From an uncultured Planctomycetota bacterium (GTDB lineage Bacteria; Planctomycetota; Planctomycetia; Isosphaerales; Isosphaeraceae), in the NCBI GenBank assembly GCA_963823665.1, contig CAWGMQ010000010.1:1504001-1568000 (forward strand): 64,000 nucleotides of DNA, read 5' to 3'. Of the stretch, positions 1-10,963 are shown piece after piece. The translations under genes and the position numbers were made by a program. The notes under the pieces are model-generated. The model made no database searches. It saw nothing but the letters and a program-made list of their open reading frames with translations, and was not told the DNA's origin. Every line of letters begins with the position of its first letter. Position 1 is the stretch's first letter.

Positions 1-400
1 CAACGACGTCCACGAGGAGACCCGTACTCGACCTCGTCGGGCATGCGCCCTGCGGCGAGACGCTTGATTCCGTGCCCGAGCCAGGTGATGGCAACAGCTC
101 GTGGCAAAGAATACCCGCCGACGCAGCCACGCACGCGGGGCCCCGGGGCTTGAGCTTCGCCGGCCTCGAAGGAACCAGCTCCCCAAGACACGGCCGGAAT
201 GCGATTGCGCGCCACGGGCACTTCGGCGAGTCGGTTGAGAACGCAGCCTGCGTACGCGACGTCAATCCAGCTTACGGATCTTGCCGGATGTGAAGGTCGC
301 CGTCAAACAAATTCTCGCCCTTTCCAGAACGCCAACGGCGCGACTTGAAGGGGGTGTTTCGGCGAACCGGTTGAGCATTGGAGACAGCGCGAAGGACACG

Positions 401-1564
401 TCAATTTTCGTTGACGATGTCGTACACTCGCTCGACCAGCGCCGCCGCGATGGGTGAAGCGATCAGGCACGGCACCATCTTGTTCAACACGTAGGCGACG
501 GTCAGGCGGCGATCCGTGTCGACGAGCACCAGCGAGCCGCCCGCACCGGCGCCGAAACAGACGCGGCCTTCCGGGACAAATGGCAGCACCTCCGGCCAGG
601 GCAGGCCATAACGGACGCCGATCTTGAGCCGATAGCCCAGTACGAGGTCGATCCCGTCGCTTTGCACTTCGAAGATCCGATTGATTGTCTTCGGCGAGAG
701 CAGCCGGACGCCGTCGACTTCGCCGCCGCAGGCCAGCGCGGACTGGATGCGCGCCACGGAGCGCGCATTGCTGTGGCCGTTGGCCGCGCCGATCTCGGCG
801 CGGCGCCAGCGCTCGGTCCGGCTCCGTTCAATGTTCAAGGACAGGTCCGGACCGGTGAGGGTCTTGAACGCCGGGCCGTTGGGATCGATGCCGGCGGGGT
901 CGGTCGGCTGGGGCGGCCACGGCACCAGGTTGGAGACGCGATGGAATTCCGAGGGGGGCAGGCCGATGTGGAAGTCGGCGCCCAGCGGTTCCGCGATGTG
1001 TGCAGTGAAGAACTCTCCCAGGCGCTGGCCGGTGATGCGGTGGATCAGTTCGCCGATCAAGTGGCCGTAGGTCAGCGCGTGGTAGCCTGAGGCCGTCCCG
1101 GGCTTCCACCAGGGCGCCTGCGCCCCGAGCATAGCGGTGGACTTTTCCAAGTCGTAGACGTCGTCCATGGTAACCGGCCTGTCCCAGCCCGAGGCGCCCG
1201 ACGTGTGCGACAGAAGCTGGCGAACCTTGATCCCGGCCTTGCCTCGGGCCGCGAACTCGGGCCAGTAGGCGGCGACGTTCGCGTCGAGGTCGAGCTCGCC
1301 GCGATCGACCAGCACGAGGGCGGAAAGGGAGGTCATTGTCTTGGTGGTGGAGAAGACGCAAGTGATCGTGTTCTCGGTCCAAGGCACAGTATGGGCCTCG
1401 TCGGCCCAGCCGCCCCACAGGTCCACCACCATCTCGCCGTTGATATTCACAGCAAGCGAGGCGCCGAGGTCTTCCCCCGATGCGAGCTTGGCTGCGAACA
1501 GCTCGCGCAGGGAGTCGAATCGGGCGCTGCACGAGCCGCCGAGCGGGGTCGGGTGATCGCTCAT
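401..1564 (-). CDS. Serine hydrolase, beta-lactamase/EstA family
   Basis: 387-aa ORF with SxxK (FSTTKT), LLSHTSG and GYHALTYG motifs. Confidence 0.9.
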   Translation of the reverse strand: MSDHPTPLGGSCSARFDSLRELFAAKLASGEDLGASLAVNINGEMVVDLWGGWADEAHTVPWTENTITCVFSTTKTMTSLSALVLVDRGELDLDANVAAYWPEFAARGKAGIKVRQLLSHTSGASGWDRPVTMDDVYDLEKSTAMLGAQAPWWKPGTASGYHALTYGHLIGELIHRITGQRLGEFFTAHIAEPLGADFHIGLPPSEFHRVSNLVPWPPQPTDPAGIDPNGPAFKTLTGPDLSLNIERSRTERWRRAEIGAANGHSNARSVARIQSALACGGEVDGVRLLSPKTINRIFEVQSDGIDLVLGYRLKIGVRYGLPWPEVLPFVPEGRVCFGAGAGGSLVLVDTDRRLTVAYVLNKMVPCLIASPIAAALVERVYDIVNEN

Positions 1565-1576
1565 GAGGCCCCCGTT

Positions 1577-1693
1577 CTAGCTCCATCCGGGCGACTCGAA
1601 TTCAAGCGGGAGGCCAAGGGTGTCGCGGTCGAATGCGACCGAACGGTGTATGTCCGATACATCGACCTTCACTTATTCGATCTTGCTGAACAA
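1577..1693 (-). pseudogene. VOC/glyoxalase N-terminal remnant
   Basis: Manual translation LFSKIE*VKVDVSDIHRSVAFDRDTLGLPLEFESPGWS* after a GGAGG RBS; two stops. Confidence 0.6.
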
Positions 1694-1904
1694 GATCTAC
1701 CTCCCGCTAAGTAAGTCGATGAATGATATCAAATCCATTGCCCCCGGCAAAATCCCGGCAACGCGGAGGCGGGTGGCGTGAGGCGATCTGGGTGGTGGCA
1801 TTCGGCGCAGGGTTTGCATAATTCTTGGCGGCTCTGTGCGCCGCCTGGCAATGTGCGATCCAGCTCACGGTGAACACAGGGCTTCCCGCCGGATGTCGCT
1901 TCAG

Positions 1905-2504
1905 CCTGAATGCCGGGTTCCTGCTCGAGGTCAACACCACGAGCCAGACGCCCACGATCGCGGGAATCACCCTTCCCCACGGGCCCTAGGCGGCAGCCTG
2001 ACGCTGGTCAACCTCATCACCATCGCGGGCGACTTCGACGTGACCATCTCGCCGAATGTGCTCGACGTGACCATGTACGCGCACGTCTCCGGCGTGCTGG
2101 ACCTACACGTTCAGCAACCCGAGCTTAATCGATACGGGCGCCTTTGTGCTGTATCGCGACGGCGAGCTCAGCAGGATTCACATGGACATCGCACCGCAAC
2201 CCGACACACAGACCTACCTCATCACGTTCAGGGGCCCGGGCGTCATTGATGCGCCTTGCCCGAGGGCCATTACACGCTGATCACCTTGCACAAGAAGGTC
2301 AAGGTGCTCTCCGGCCCGAGGATGACTGCCAACGACATCAACTCATTCAGCAGCAGCGTGAGCCATGCGCACCGCGGGACGAAGGGGAAGCAGCTCGCCG
2401 TTCTGATGGATCCGCCCAAGAAGGCTCCGCCGAAGTTCCCGGGGCGGACGGTGCAGCATCCAGTTCCTGCTCGCCGCGCCTGGGTAGTGGTGCGAGCGCG
2501 GTAG
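1905..2504 (+). pseudogene. Fragments of large planctomycete surface/extracellular protein(s)
   Basis: Broken frames: GFLLEVNTT..., TFSNPSLIDTGAFVLY...YLITFRGPGVID then LPEGHYTLITL; beta-rich repeat-domain character. Confidence 0.35.
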
Positions 2505-2908
2505 GTCAGGCGGTGACAAGCGCGGACCCGGCCGCGATGCGGACCGTGCACGACTTGCCAGATGAGGTCACGTCGAGCGAGAATGTGGAGCAGGTCGCGC
2601 CGATTCTTGACGAAGGCGTTCCGACCGAGCCCGTCGAGGAGATCGCGGCGATCCAGATTGAGACTGAGGTGCTGGATCAGGCGGCAGCGCTCGCGGACGA
2701 GGTCGTCGCGACCGAGACCGTCCTGCAAGCGGCGCCGGTCGCGACTGACGCCGTTGGGACTGAGGTGCTGGAAGAGCCCGCGCTCGTCCAGGATGAGATC
2801 GTTCCGTTCGAGACCGTCAACCAGGTCACGCCGGAGCAGGAGGAAGCCGTTCCGGCTGAAGCGCTTGAGGAGGTCACGCCGGAAAGCGCAGAGGTCGCGT
2901 CGGTGTAG
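2505..2908 (+). pseudogene. 5'-truncated paralog of the acidic repeat protein at 7180-7776
   Basis: Shares DEVVATET, TEVLEEPA and PAEA.EEVT.E.AEV with 7180-7776; N-terminus and RBS of the other copy absent. Confidence 0.65.
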
Positions 2909-2921
2909 TAGAGTCGTCTTG

Positions 2922-3215
2922 TCAAGCGAGCGGCTCCGTCGAAGTAACCGGGGAACCATGCGGCCTCCTGAGGAGGCCCCAGACCGGCAGCGGGTGTGTC
3001 TGGGGGACGCTCGTCGAGGCGACTTCAAAGCCAAGTCGTATATAGAGTGGTACATTGTGGTCGGAATGAGTTTCGAGGAAGCAGGGTAAGGACTCTTGAT
3101 CCGCTCGAGCAAGAATCGGCGCGAGGAGCTGGCGTGGCAGGCCGATGTGGAAGTCGGCCCGCAGCGGCCCCGCAATGTGCGCGGCAAAGAACTCACCCAG
3201 GCGCTGGCTGGTGAT
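2922..3215 (-). pseudogene. Chimera of a serine-hydrolase fragment fused in frame to a GNAT C-terminal half
   Basis: 3136-3215 matches 957-1036 (69/80 nt by hand), followed by LLAPILARADQESLPCFLETHSDHNVPLYIRLGF (GNAT-like). Confidence 0.65.
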
Positions 3216-3574
3216 CTCACGCCGATGTGGCATGGCCGATTGTAGGTGACGGACCTGCTGGCCAACAGGTATTCCGAGGACGGGGCGACCAGATTTGAAG
3301 TCGCGTCCAAGAAGTCGAAGCACCTCACATAAGGGTGGTTGCGATTGGTCGCAAGCTGCGTTCTACATCTGCCGGACTCCGATACCGGCCGGGCTCAACA
3401 GAGCCCTCTCGGCCAAGCCCGACCCCAGCATCCTCGAGCCGAACTCTTGGAGAATCGCTCAGGTCCAGCCCCCTGACAAACCAAAAGAGTCCGATTACTG
3501 TGGATCGGGAGCGATGCGCAGGCACTTTCACGGTCCAGTCTCGACGGCGAGCCGAAGCACAGGAATGCATTCTA

Positions 3575-6500
3575 ATGTCCAGATCGGAAGCTCGAACCGA
3601 GGTCGTGCAGGAGCTGGCGGAGGAATTCCTCCAGCGGTATCGCAACGGCGAGCGGCCGGGAATCGAGGAATATGTCAATCGTCACCCTGAGCTGGCCGGC
3701 GAGATCCGCGAGGTCTTCCCGGCGATGGCGACGAAGGTGAACATTACCATCCGGGACGACTCGCTGACCGGCGATGAAACGGGCGACCATGGGCGACCGA
3801 TTTTGAAGGCCCCGGTGCCGGTGCAACTGGGCGATTTCCGGATCATCCGCGAGATCGGCCGCGGCGGAATGGGAGTGGTCTACGCCGCCGAGCAGGTCTC
3901 ACTTGGTCGCAAGGTCGCGCTCAAGGTGCTTTCCTCGCAGTTGATCCTCGACTCCAAGCAACGGCGCCGGTTCGAGCGTGAGGCCAGGGCTGCCGCCAAG
4001 CTTCACCACACCAACATCGTCCCGGTGTTCGGCGTCGGCGAGCATGAGGGCTCGTCCTATTACGTGATGCAGTACATCGAGGGTCGCGGCCTGGACCAGG
4101 TGATCGAGGAGTTGCGTCAGACCTCGGTTGTCCTTCCGGGCGAACGCTCGGACGGCCGGTCAAGCCGGGGCGGCGCGGGGGCCTACTGGCAGAGTGTCGC
4201 GCGGATCGGCGTGCAGGTGGCCGAGGCTCTTGAATACGCGCACAACCAGGGGATACTCCACCGCGACATCAAACCCTCGAACCTCCTGCTGGACGGCCAG
4301 GGCACCGTCTGGGTCACCGACCTTGGCCTGGCCAAAGCCGACGACCAGGAGAACCTCACCCACACCGGAGACATCCTGGGCACCCTGCGATACATGCCGC
4401 CGGAAGCCTTCGAGGGAAAGTTTGACGCCCGCGGCGATGTGTACGCCCTGGGGTTGACACTGTTTGAGCTGCTTGCCCTGCGGCCGGCGTTCGACGACAA
4501 GGACCGCAACCGGCTCGTGAAACGCGTCATGCACGAGTCACCCGATCGACTTGAACAGCTCAATCGCGAGATCCCCCGCGACCTGGCGACGATTGTCCAC
4601 AAGGCCATCGCCAGGGAACCGGTCCAACGTTACTCCGACGCCCAGGCGCTCAGGAACGACCTGGGCCGGTTCATCGAGGGCCGGCCGATCCAGGCGCGAC
4701 GGATCTCGGCGCCGGAGCGAACCTGGCGGTGGTGCCGCCGGAACCCGGTGATCGCGGGGTTGCTGGTAGCCATGGTCGTCGCCCTGGCCGGCGTCTTCGG
4801 GCTCTGGCTCAGGAGCGAGCGGCTGCTTGCATTGACTCGCGAACAGGCGTTTGGCCTTCGGCTCGACCAGGCCGTTGCCCTTTGCGAGCAGGGATACGTG
4901 GACCGGGGCGTGCTCGCCATGGCCGAGCAGCTCAAGGACTACCGCAGGAGCCCAGCCGCCGAGCAGTATGCCATCCGGGCCAACCTTGCCGCCTGGTCGC
5001 CGCATTTGATCGCCCCAGAAAGGCTGGCGGACGGGATCCTGGCCGTCAAGGGGGTTCCCAACGCCCAGTACAGGCTGTTCGCGACGATCGACTTGGACGG
5101 CAATCCCCAGGTCTGGGACTTTGCCACGGGGAAGCTGGCGGAAAAAGGCCTCGAGCCGATCGGAGCCGCACGTCAAACTCCCTCCGGTAAGACTCCACCG
5201 TTGCCATCCCTCTGGTTCTCGGATGACGGCAAGATCCTGATCGGGTCGGCCGGCGACGGCTTTGTCCGATTGTGGAATTTCGACACAGGTCGGTTCGTGG
5301 GACCCCCGATCCCCGTGCGGAACTTCATCAGCGAGCTCGCGCTGAGTGAGGATCACCGGCTGATGGCCACGCGTTACAACGACGATGTCCAGCGGTGGGA
5401 CGTCACGACGGGGCGCCCCGTGAAAACGGCCTGGCCGCCGGAGAGGTCTCCGGTACCGAAGGCTGTCGCGCTCTATCGCCATCGGGTCGTCACGCGCGAC
5501 GAAAGTGGCGTCTACGAAATACACGACCTGGACTCGGGAAAGAGGATCGGCCGGCCCATGACTTCCGCCAAGGACAGCGAACTTGAGAGTGTGAAGGAGA
5601 GGAAAGCGTTACTGATCCGCTGGGACGAGAAGAATCAAAAAAGTTGGTTCCAGGCATGGAGCGTGGAGACCGGCGAGCCGCTGGGGCCCCCATGGTTTGC
5701 GGACAGCAAGAAACAAAAAAGGATCAGTAGACCCGACGGCTCGCGGTCGGTGCCGCGTGGCTTCAGCCGCTCAAATCTGGTGTTGGCTCTGGGCGACACC
5801 ATCCTGGTATGCGATATCGCCACTGGGAATCCGCTCGGCGAGCCGATCCAGATCGGCGGCAGTGTCAACGGTATTGAGATCAAACGCGAAGAGAAGCTGC
5901 TCGTTTATACGGACCAGGAGGTGCAGATCTGGGACCTTCCCACCCGACGGAGGATTGGCGAAGTGTCGAAGTTCGGCAAGCAATCGTATTTAGCAGACGT
6001 GAGCTCCGACGCGCATCGGGTGCTGCTGCTTCGGAACTCTCTCGAGGTCTGGGACGTCCCGACGGCCAATCGACGGCTCGCCCTATCATCCCGGTACTGG
6101 CAACGCGGGTCCGTCGGTTCTCGATCCCTCCGGAACCAGCCTCATGCTTCTCTCGAATGACCATACACAATACCGCTGCGATCTGTCTCGATTGGACACG
6201 GAACACACCTGGCTGGACGCCGCAAGCGTCGCTGACCTGATTGTGAGCGACACACGAACCCCTCGCTATTCCGTGACGTTCAGCGATTCGGATCAGACTG
6301 TGCTGGAGGCGCGCGACAACGAGTCAATGAATCGGGTCGGTCCGCCCGCGCACCTCAATGCGCCCTGCAAGCTCGCCCTGGAAAGCCCCGGGCATGACCT
6401 GATTCTCACAGGATGTGAGGATGGTTCGGCGCAGCTCTGGTCGCTGCCAACGCTCGCGCCGGTCGGTGGTGTGATGCGGCATTCCGGGGCGGTTATGCGC

Positions 6501-6758
6501 GGGGCCTTCTCCCCAGACGGCCGGACCATCGCGACCGGATCGGGCCGCACCGCCCGGATCTGGGACGTCTCTTTCTGCCGGCCGATCGGCCCACCCATGG
6601 AGCATCCGGAGGACATCAAGGTCATCTACTTCAGCACCGACGGCCGCTGGCTGCTCGTCCAATGCGACGCGAAGGGCGGCTATCGCTGGCCCGTGCCGGT
6701 ACCCATGGAAGGTGATGCAGATGGCGTGCTGGATCGAGTGAAGGAATTGACCCGCTAG
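3575..6758 (+). CDS. Ser/Thr protein kinase with TM segment and WD40 repeats (frameshift near 6100)
   Basis: GRGGMGVVY, VALK, HRDIKPSN, DLGLA, GTLRYMPPE; WD repeats continue in ORF 6144-6758 (FSPDGRTIATGS). Confidence 0.88.
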
Positions 6759-6819
6759 AAGGTCGATGATAGGCCGAGTTAATGCGGAGTGCAGACGACA
6801 CCTCGACGCGACGTCCAGT

Positions 6820-6960
6820 CATGGCAGCCGCGGAGCTGCGCTCCGAGCCAGCGATAACACCCGTTGGCGACTACGGTCAATGCGGCATCCTGGTCGACGT
6901 TTAGCCGTACCTCGCTTGCCAAACAGTCGAAATGGAAGAAATTGACACTGATCCCAGGCC
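6820..6960 (-). mobile_element. Possible transposase C-terminal remnant
   Basis: GISVNFFHFDCLASEVRLNVDQDAALTVVANGCYRWLG recalls planctomycete putative transposases; no termini seen. Confidence 0.3.
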
Positions 6961-7065
6961 GTCCTCGATTCATCCCGATAGCGGATCTGTTGGCACGCCT
7001 TGCCTGTGGCGCGGTTCGCGTCAACCGTGCCGGCGGGGGGCCGGTGTCGCCTGGCATCGCTTGCA

Positions 7066-7086
7066 TCAAATTTTCAAGAAATTTGA
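7066..7086. promoter_or_regulatory. AT-rich inverted repeat, candidate operator
   Basis: TCAAATTT-N5-AAATTTGA about 95 nt upstream of ATG 7180. Confidence 0.35.
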
Positions 7087-7179
7087 GAAAGGTAGATGGC
7101 AAAACAAATTCCATTGGTAATATTAGATATGGTTCCTCCTTCACGCCCCCCATCAGTTCGCAGCCGGGAGTTAAACGCC

Positions 7180-7776
7180 ATGAATGAAGTGTTAACGGAT
7201 CCGATCGCGCAAGCTACAGAAGAGGTCACGGACGTTAACGAAAACGTCGAGTCTGTCGACGCTGAGCAAACAGCGGAGTGCCTGACGCGGGTCGAGCACG
7301 AGGTCACGCCGACCGAGAATCTGGAGCAGGTCTTACCGATCGAGGTCATCGAACTCGCCACGCCGGTCGAGGAGGAAGTCGTTCCAACGGACGCCGTGGA
7401 GGAGGAGGTGCCAATCGCAGATGAGGTGACTGCGGCCGCGGCGGTGGACGAGGTCGCGCCGGTCTTGACCGACGCCATTCAAACTGAAGTGCTGGAGGAG
7501 GCCGCGCAGTGTGTGGCCGACGCCGTTCCGACTGAGGCGCTGGAGGAGGCGGCACCGCTCGCGGACGAGGTCGTCGCGACCGAGACCATCGAGCAGCCCG
7601 CGCCGGTCGCGGCCGACGCGATTCAGACTGAGGTGCTGGAAGAGCCCGCGCCGGTCCTGAATGAGGCGGTTCCGATCGAGAGCGTCGAGCAGGTCACGCG
7701 GGACCAAGACGAGGCGCTTCCGGCTGAGGCGGTCGAGGAAGTCACGCTGGAAAACGCTGAGGTCGTCTCGGCGTAA
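7180..7776 (+). CDS. Highly acidic low-complexity repeat protein
   Basis: GGGAG RBS; E/A/V/D/T/P-rich, no Lys; about 16-aa repeats (DAIQTEVLEE.AP). Confidence 0.7.
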   Translation: MNEVLTDPIAQATEEVTDVNENVESVDAEQTAECLTRVEHEVTPTENLEQVLPIEVIELATPVEEEVVPTDAVEEEVPIADEVTAAAAVDEVAPVLTDAIQTEVLEEAAQCVADAVPTEALEEAAPLADEVVATETIEQPAPVAADAIQTEVLEEPAPVLNEAVPIESVEQVTRDQDEALPAEAVEEVTLENAEVVSA

Positions 7777-7973
7777 CAGAGGATTGCGATCATCGACTAG
7801 CAGGTGATCCGCGATCGAAACATATCGTCGGCGCGGGGGGTCGCTACTGGGGGGCGGGGCAGGGTGGTCTGATAAAAAGCGGGCGGGATTGGCGAATTTC
7901 GAGGTGGACGACTCGGCGTTTTCTGTTGCGCGACCGCTTTGTAATCGTGGCCGCCGCGCTCGACCCCCCCTGG

Positions 7974-7994
7974 CCCCCCCTTCCAAAGGGGGGG
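7974..7994. repeat. REP-like palindrome between convergent genes
   Basis: CCCCCCCTT-CCA-AAGGGGGGG. Confidence 0.5.
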
Positions 7995-8090
7995 AGCTTT
8001 GCGCAACATACGCGGCGGGTCTGCTTTACCGGTTCTTGCCAGTCACGAAACCGCCGCGGGGGTCTGCATTTCCGGTGACCGATGTTCGCT

Positions 8091-8483
8091 CTAGCCGAGC
8101 GTCACCAGGATGCACGGCCCCCCAGCTATCACGTTCATGCCCAGTGCCTGCGCCCGCGAAATGGCGCGTTTTGACTCGGCGCCTGGCTGAAACCAAATGT
8201 TCTTCACGCCGATAGCTCCCGCCTGCTCCACTATGGCCTCTGACACGTGCGGCGGCGTAATTATTGAGACACCGTGAATGGGCGTCGGGAGCGCCGCCAG
8301 GTCGGGATAGCACATCAGACCTTCGATCTCCTTCGCACTCGGATTCACCGGATAGGCGGGTCGCCCGTCCTGCATGTATGCCTGCAGCACCAGGTTGCCG
8401 ATCTTCGACTGGTCGCTTGACGCTCCCACCACCGCGTGTGGAGCGCCCGCCAGAAACTGCGTGATCTTGTCTTGGTTGTTCAT
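8091..8483 (-). CDS. CoA-binding protein (YccU-like)
   Basis: AVVGASSD...PVNP...WFQPGA...GPCI. Confidence 0.9.
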   Translation of the reverse strand: MNNQDKITQFLAGAPHAVVGASSDQSKIGNLVLQAYMQDGRPAYPVNPSAKEIEGLMCYPDLAALPTPIHGVSIITPPHVSEAIVEQAGAIGVKNIWFQPGAESKRAISRAQALGMNVIAGGPCILVTLG

Positions 8484-8588
8484 GCCTGGCCTTTCTCGCC
8501 TTTCGGATCAGGAGGAAAAACTTCATCGCTCGAAAGCCGCATGGCTGCCGCTCGTCGGCAGCGGCGTGTCCTCCGGTGTGACGGAGCT

Positions 8589-9503
8589 TTACGATCGACG
8601 ACCGCCGAACTCATCCGCGTGCAGCGACACAAATTCGCGGACGCTCATCGGCGACCGGCCGGTCACCCGCTCGACGCCGTCTGCCATCCGGTCATACCGA
8701 CCCGCCCGGTTCAACTCGGCCATCGTCACCAGGTGGTGAGTCAGGTGCTCCGGCAACCCCGCACTTTTAAGCGCCCGTTCCCAATCCTCGGGGGCGATGT
8801 CAGAGTAGCTGATCTCACGATCGAGCGCCAGCGAGTACTCCCGGGCAACTCCGTGCATGTCCTGCGACTGCGGACCGGTGAGCTCGTAGATCCGGCCCAG
8901 GTGCGGCCCAGGGTCGGCGAGGACGGCGGCGACTACCCGAGCGACGTCAGCCGACGAAACCGGCGAGGTCTTGCCCCGCCCGAACGGCAGCTCGATGCGG
9001 CCACGGTCGCGGACGCTCGTACCGGTGAGGGGGAGGAAGAAGCCCTCGAGGAAGACGGTCGGCCGGATGGTGACGACCGGCAGGCCGGACCACGCGAGCG
9101 CCTGCTCGGCTAGCCAGTGCTGCCGTTGCTGCGGGCTCGGGGTGGTGTTGTGGATGCTCATCTGAGAGACGGTCATCTGGGACATGTTGACCAGGGCGTC
9201 CACCCCGATTTCGCGGGCGACCGCCGCCATGGTCACGCTCGCCTCCAGGTATACAGGCGAAACGGACATGCCGAAGTAGACCCGCCGACAGCCGCTGACG
9301 ACGCGATAGACGTCGGCCGGTTCGAATAGGTCTCCGACCACCACCTCGGCGCCGGCGGCACGTAAGGCCGCGGCGCGATCATCCTCGCGGCGGACCATGG
9401 CGCGAACCGGGAGCCCGCGCTCGAGGAGCAGGATGGTCACGGTTCGGCCGACCGCGCCGAGTTGACCGGCAGCCCCGGTTACGAGGATCGGGCCGTCACT
9501 CAT
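8589..9503 (-). CDS. NmrA-like NAD(P)-binding protein (atypical SDR)
   Basis: ILVTGAAGQLG Rossmann motif, RPTVF, YELTGP. Confidence 0.9.
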   Translation of the reverse strand: MSDGPILVTGAAGQLGAVGRTVTILLLERGLPVRAMVRREDDRAAALRAAGAEVVVGDLFEPADVYRVVSGCRRVYFGMSVSPVYLEASVTMAAVAREIGVDALVNMSQMTVSQMSIHNTTPSPQQRQHWLAEQALAWSGLPVVTIRPTVFLEGFFLPLTGTSVRDRGRIELPFGRGKTSPVSSADVARVVAAVLADPGPHLGRIYELTGPQSQDMHGVAREYSLALDREISYSDIAPEDWERALKSAGLPEHLTHHLVTMAELNRAGRYDRMADGVERVTGRSPMSVREFVSLHADEFGGRRS

Positions 9504-9664
9504 CAAATTCGCAAGACCTGGCACGTCTGCTCATAGCTTGCCTCGAGCGCGAGCGTCACGTTCTGGGTCTCCGACAACAAGACCGGTAGAGAAGGCAGCG
9601 GCTGGCCGATCGCGAGCGGATAGGACCAGGTATCCAGGCTCGTACGCTGATCACGCAACGGCAT
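9503..9664 (-). pseudogene. Internally deleted DUF4058-like mini-gene (53 aa)
   Basis: GGAGGAGG RBS; MPLRD joined directly to TWSYPLAIGQPLPSLPV...EASYEQTCQVLRI*; paralogous to 17650-17965. Confidence 0.65.
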
Positions 9665-9880
9665 GGGGCCTCCTCCGGTTGATTATAAACAGTGCGGTTC
9701 CGCTGGACCAGTGACGCGGATTGAGGTGGGACCTCAGAGTCGATCCTTTCTGCCGATGAGTTTGCGTTCGCATCCGCGAAACTTATTCCAATCTTCATCA
9801 CAGTTTCGTCGTCCGTCGACACGCCATGGATACCCTGCTCTCTCGTAACTGACGCTTCTCGTTCCAGGAGGATCTTCGAC

Positions 9881-10266
9881 GTGCTCAAGCATCGCGTCTC
9901 GCGTTCATCGCGTGGTTTTACGCTGATCGAACTTCTTGTCGTCATCGCCATCATCGCCGTGTTGATTGCTTTGCTGTTGCCGGCCGTGCAGTCGGCTCGC
10001 GAAGCGGCGCGCCGTGCCGCGTGCATCAACAACCTGAAGCAGATCGGTCTGGCGATGCTCAACTTCGAGAATTCGCGGCAGGTGTTGCCACCGACGTGGG
10101 CAATCAGCACGCCGCTGCTCAAGCCACCCTGTTCTATCCCGGCGGAGCGAATCACCTTTTCGCCGACGGATCTGTGCATTTCTTCAAACAGTCCACGGCT
10201 CCGTCCATCTTCGTCTGGCTGATCAGCCCGGCTGGCGGAGAAGTGATCTCGAGCGATTCGTATTGA
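9881..10266 (+). pseudogene. DUF1559 prepilin-type protein with out-of-frame internal deletion
   Basis: [34 protein letters not shown], then in another frame [15 protein letters not shown]...GGEVISSDSY. Confidence 0.85.
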
Positions 10267-10598
10267 TCGAAATCATTTTCGAGTACTCCGGCGACGGGGC
10301 CGATGCCCCCAAAGGTGCTGGGGGAGGACCATTTCGAGTCACCTCCAAGATCAAGGATGGAGCCTTTAACCTCATCGGCTACGCAGGCTCCGAGGGCATG
10401 CCCGCCGGAAGCTACAAAGTTGGCATATTGGCGACGGCGGGACGAAGCGAAGAGAATCTTTTCGGCCGGGAAGTCGTGCTTCCGAAAAAGGGGAAATCTG
10501 CCGTCTCGGTTAGCCAGTACGCCGATCCGAAAACCTCGGGTCTGACCTCTCAGGTCTTTGCAGACAAGCCAAATGAGCCCGTTTTCGATTTGAAGTGA
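10263..10598 (+). CDS. DUF1559-partner beta-sandwich (carboxypeptidase-regulatory-like) protein, probably 5'-truncated
   Basis: GMPAGSYKV...YADPKTSGL...FDLK; no signal or lipobox; directly after DUF1559. Confidence 0.6.
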   Translation: MIEIIFEYSGDGADAPKGAGGGPFRVTSKIKDGAFNLIGYAGSEGMPAGSYKVGILATAGRSEENLFGREVVLPKKGKSAVSVSQYADPKTSGLTSQVFADKPNEPVFDLK

Positions 10599-10963
10599 AG
10601 GCTGCTCGCGAAACGGCCGCGATTGTGGCTTGTCGATCTCGGCGATGATCGGGTGCACCATTGATCGCTCCTCCACCCCTTCTTGGAGCGTAATACTGGT
10701 CGTCCCTCATTCATAGTCGCTCGTTGCGCCGCGCGACAGCTTGAATCATGAAAACGGGGGCACCTGCGATCTTGTCAAGAGTCGATCGCTTTCCATTTTG
10801 CGGGGCGAACGTGGGTTTGCCTGTCAGGAGGTTTGGAGCCGGTCAACCACCGCGCCGACTCGTCGAAACATTCGACCGCGTGGTACAATTCGCTTTTTGT
10901 TTGAGGGCTTCCGAGGGGTTTCGTCAGATCGGAATCAGGGCCCTTCGGGATTGGAGCGGTGCC

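Noticed and set aside
1..293. ORF 72-293
   Set aside because: No motif or RBS support
1729..1980. Cytochrome c from a CAECH motif
   Set aside because: Short ORF without a signal peptide, in a debris region; likely chance
6989..7003. Sigma-54 promoter (TGGCACG...TTGC)
   Set aside because: Spacing between the -24 and -12 elements is 2 nt too short
10741..10963. ORF-track start of the 1788-aa kinase
   Set aside because: The family-typical N-terminus begins at ATG 10964 in another frame; the upstream extension results from the frameshift
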